Assembly (NCBI GenBank): GCA_964016885.1
Contig: OZ024745.1
Location: 120,404,001 to 120,468,000, forward strand
DNA: 64,000 nucleotides
Origin: Eledone cirrhosa
Taxonomy: Eukaryota
Reading direction: 5' to 3'
Positions within the stretch are counted from its first letter, which is position 1; each line of letters begins with the position of its first letter. The notes beneath the pieces were generated by a model, which was given only the letters and a program-made list of their open reading frames with translations, did no database searches and was not told where the DNA came from. This document shows positions 60,433 through 64,000 of this stretch, piece after piece. The translations under genes and the position numbers were made by a program.

Positions 60433-61429
60433 ATTTTAAATTATAAATCTAAGCACAGCAGATTTTGCATTAAAGGTAACATAGCATCAATGTTTCAATA
60501 AACTTTTAACATCCTGCACCGCATAAAACCCACATTAGCAGGACATTCTTAAAAAAATATAAAACAACACTACAACTATGTCACATTAAAAACTAAAATA
60601 TTTACTCTAATACAGCAAATTTTGAAAAAGATTTATCCACTAAAAACCAGTTTTTAGATATTTTCTGCTAAATCATTACAAGATGTTAGTGAACTCAAAG
60701 CGTCCACCAGATGTCCAGTAAGCTTCCTTCCAGCAGAGTTGGCAAGAATCATTTAACGTCAACCTCATCAAATAGACTATCATAGATTTATCTTAGAATA
60801 TATCTGCTTATTTATTAACCCATACAAGCATGAAAAAAACAGACGCAAAAATCATCATCATCATCATCTATATATAAATTTGAGCGACTTCCCTGTCACA
60901 AAATGTGTGTGTGGATGTGTGTGTGAATGTATGTGTGTGTAAAAGGGGTTGGTGAAAAAACTATAGCAAAACAACAGCTGGCATTCCATTTGCTATGCTG
61001 TGTGAGTGTGTGTTTGTATAAATGTGTGTGTGTGTGTGTGTGTTTGTGTGTATGTGTGTGTTTGTATAAATGTATGTGTGAATGTATGTCTATGAGTCGG
61101 TATGTCTGTAAGTGTCTATGTTTGCGCTTTTACATTTATATATTCATACATATAAATTATGCATATATATACAAAATTGCTAAATTTTTTTTTTCATGTA
61201 ATGACACGCTGACGTGTGTTGAAAAAGAATTCTAATTATAAAAGAGCCGTTTCTCCGTATATTTGTCATACTTTATGTATATAAAAAAGGGGAGGCAACC
61301 CTTTTTTTTAAGTTAAGAGAAGGGAGATAACTTATGTCATATCTATAGTTTATTGAAAGCTTAAGAAACTATACGGGAAGAAGTAATAAGGAAATATTTG
61401 CATTAGGAGCACAAATAAGCAGAATCTAG

Positions 61430-61447
61430 TGCTGCCATCTGGTGGTT
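61430..61447 (-). promoter_or_regulatory. CTCF-consensus motif
   Basis: The minus strand reads aaCCACCAGATGGCAGCA. Confidence 0.4.
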
Positions 61448-62227
61448 ACCGTGGTATCTTACACTGCATGCAATTGTGAGTGCACACATTGCTGCGATAC
61501 AACTTTGGTGTGTGTTACGGGGAAAGAATATATTTCTCTAAGGTGGGCTACTTACTAGCGATATATATATATATGAAGGATTCGGGACCCCGACGGCTGA
61601 GCTCCTGCCGTTTCAACAGCTAGATCCGAATCAGACATGGGGGTCCCGAATCCCTCATATTACCCACTCTACTACTGGTTTTTACTGCATCCATTCTGAC
61701 TTATGTGTATGTGTATGTAGCTGTCCAACACACACCATTGTAGACAAATAATGTAAACTGATGATGATATATGCATATAACAAAGACATACACAAACACA
61801 CAACATACACACAATAAGCTTCCATAGTTCCATTAACCAAATTCTCTCACAAAGCATTGGTTTGTCTAGGTTGAACAGAAGACATGCCCAAAATACCAAA
61901 ATGTTAACTAGCGACTCAATCTCTTAGTTTATAATTTAGTCAGAATAGGATAACTTCTGAAATGTATTTATATCCTGCACTCATAACTACCAACACAGAT
62001 TCTCTTTCCAATAACAACCATCCACTACTGCACATCTTTTAAACTTCTCCCACCCTATCTCTCTTTCTATATATACACAAACACAAACACACAGGGTGTC
62101 CCAAAACATGTATACACACTTTGATTACTTGTACACGCAATATTTATTAGAATGGTGTTGAAATGTATACATTTTAGGGACACCCTGTCTATGTATATAT
62201 GTGTAGTGTGTGTATATATATATATAC

Positions 62228-62985
62228 ACCTCAAAATGAAAGGCAGACTTTATGATGCGTGTATACGAACAGCAATGTTACATGGTAGTGAGACCTGGGC
62301 GCTGTCTGTGGAAGACTTGCGTAGATTAGAAAGAAACGAAGCCTGCATGCTCCGATGGATGTGTAATAGTAATATACGCGAACGGAAAAGCATAAATGAA
62401 TTGAGAGAGAGACTAAGCATAAGAGGAATCAAATGCTGTGTGCAGGAGAGGCAGTTGCGTTGGTATAGACATGTGATGCGTATGAAGGATGACAGTTGCA
62501 TAAAAAGGTGCAGAGCACTAGAAGTCGATGGAAACCGCGGAGTGGGGAGAGCCAAGAAGACCTGGGATGAGGTGATAAAAGCCGACTTTACCTAATTACA
62601 CCTCTCAAAGGCGATGACACACGACCGTGACCTCTGGCGTCACGTAGTAATACAGAATACCCGACCCCCCACGGGTACAAGCTGAAGCTAAAGCATATAG
62701 ACAATATGCCCCCACACACTCCCACTGCAAAGTGGTCGTGGAGGTGCCACGGCAAAAAAGCACCCAGTCCACACTGTATAGTGGTTGTGTAGGCGCCACG
62801 GAAAAAAGCACCCAGCATTCACTGTAAATGAGGTTGGTGTTAGGAAGGGCATCCAGCTGTAGAAATCAAGCCAGAATCAGTTCCCGTATGAGCAAGACAA
62901 GGTCAGCCGACTGGACACTGCCCACAAGACAACCCATCTAACCCATGCTAGTGTGGAAGAACGGACGTAAATCGGTGATGATGAT
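62228..62985 (+). mobile_element. RTE-clade LINE 3' end with UTR and (GAT)n tail
   Basis: KGRLYDACIRTAMLHGSETW..LRWYRHVMR..GRAKKTWDEVI. Confidence 0.88.
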
Positions 62986-63102
62986 TATATATATATATAT
63001 ATATATATAAGTAAAAGGGATATTCAATTTGTTGGTAATTCAACAAATATAAATGTTTATAACTGATTCAAAGCACTCGACAGTTTTCTGGAGTATAATA
63101 TA

Positions 63103-64000
63103 CATCATCATCATCATTTAACGTCCATCTTCCACGCTAGCATGGGTTTGGTCGGGAATTTTCCCACTTGAGGCAAGATTGGTTGTCTTGCTCGTATAGG
63201 AGTCTGGCGGGTTTTCTACGGCTGGATGCCCTTCCTAACACCAACCACGTTTACAGTGTGGACTGGGAGGTTTTTACCGTGTTACCTACACGGCCACATT
63301 ACAGCGTGGACTGTGTGATTTTTGTTGTGACACCTACACGACCTCATTTGTTTAGGACTGGATGTTGTGGTACCAACATAACTTTACATCGAAAGGGGTG
63401 GTGTGGATAGGGTGGGGGTAGTGGGATGGGAGTGTATTTTGGTAAGAGTTGCCTACTGACTGTAGGTTTCGCTTTGCACTTAGGCAAGGCGGGTCTTCTG
63501 TATTTCTGTGTAGTGCCAAAGATCTCGGTCCAGTGACATTGTCTTGGAGAGGTGTAAGTGTGTGAAGTCGGAATTTATCAAGTCGTTCCAGGTTTTTCTG
63601 GGTCTCCCTACTCCGTGGCTACCGTCTATTTTGATCGCCCTGCACTTTTTTATACAGCTGTTGTCTTTCATGCGCATCACGTGACCATACCAACGTAGTC
63701 TTCTCTCGAGTAAACAGCATCTGATCCCTCTTATTCCTAATTTCTCACTTAGTTCATTTATGCTTTGCTGTTCACGTATATTACTATTACACATCCACCG
63801 GAGCATGCAAGCTTCGTTCCTCTCCAGTCTACGTAGATCCTCTGCACACAATGCCCAAGTCTCACTGCCATGTAACATTGCTGTTCGTATGCAGGCATCA
63901 TACAGCCTGCCTTTCATTTTTAGAGAGAACCCTTTAGCAGCCAATAGTGGTATAAGCTCTCTGAACTTTTTCCATCCCGTTCTGACTCTAGCTACTGTAC
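63103..64000 (-). mobile_element. RTE-clade LINE 3' end, same family, inverted; runs off the window
   Basis: KGRLYDACIRTAMLHGSETW..LRWYGHVMR..GRPRKTW, with a (CAT)n tail at 63103-63117. Confidence 0.88.

Overview
AT-rich, repeat-dense animal genomic DNA. A coleoid cephalopod (Octopus-like) origin is inferred from the SINE families and long (TA)n/(CA)n tracts, not proven. Most ORF-track entries are microsatellite or retroelement artefacts. Supported content: (1) an intact tRNA-Ser(AGA) gene at 1930-2011. (2) A small + strand gene largely missed by the ORF track: six phase-compatible GT-AG coding exons over ~44 kb (6953-51322) giving a 123-aa basic protein I cannot assign to a family. (3) A convergent - strand gene (60432 to 56681) with four coding exons, including a 15-nt micro-exon, giving ~459 aa with one hydrophobic helix. 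(4) Decayed non-LTR retrotransposons (CRE-like, Tx1/L1-like, R4/Dong-like, RTE-BovB, Rex3/Expander-like), a mariner/maT remnant, three copies of a non-autonomous Helitron, hAT and Tc1/pogo MITEs, about 20 Meta-domain-like tRNA SINEs and several minisatellites. The two most interesting patterns: (a) a (TA)n-rich zone at ~20.9-30.8 kb packed with long fold-back repeats and hammerhead-ribozyme motifs, including a canonical type I hammerhead at 28408-28489 (-) and a near-canonical one at 26831-26875 (+), resembling Penelope pseudo-LTR or retrozyme debris; (b) an apparent (ATT)n-targeting set of elements in which the main SINE shares its 3' end with the Tx1-like LINE, stacks head-to-tail, and has rebuilt the splice acceptor of a host exon. 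No database searches were run, so family names come from motif recognition and gene models are manual.
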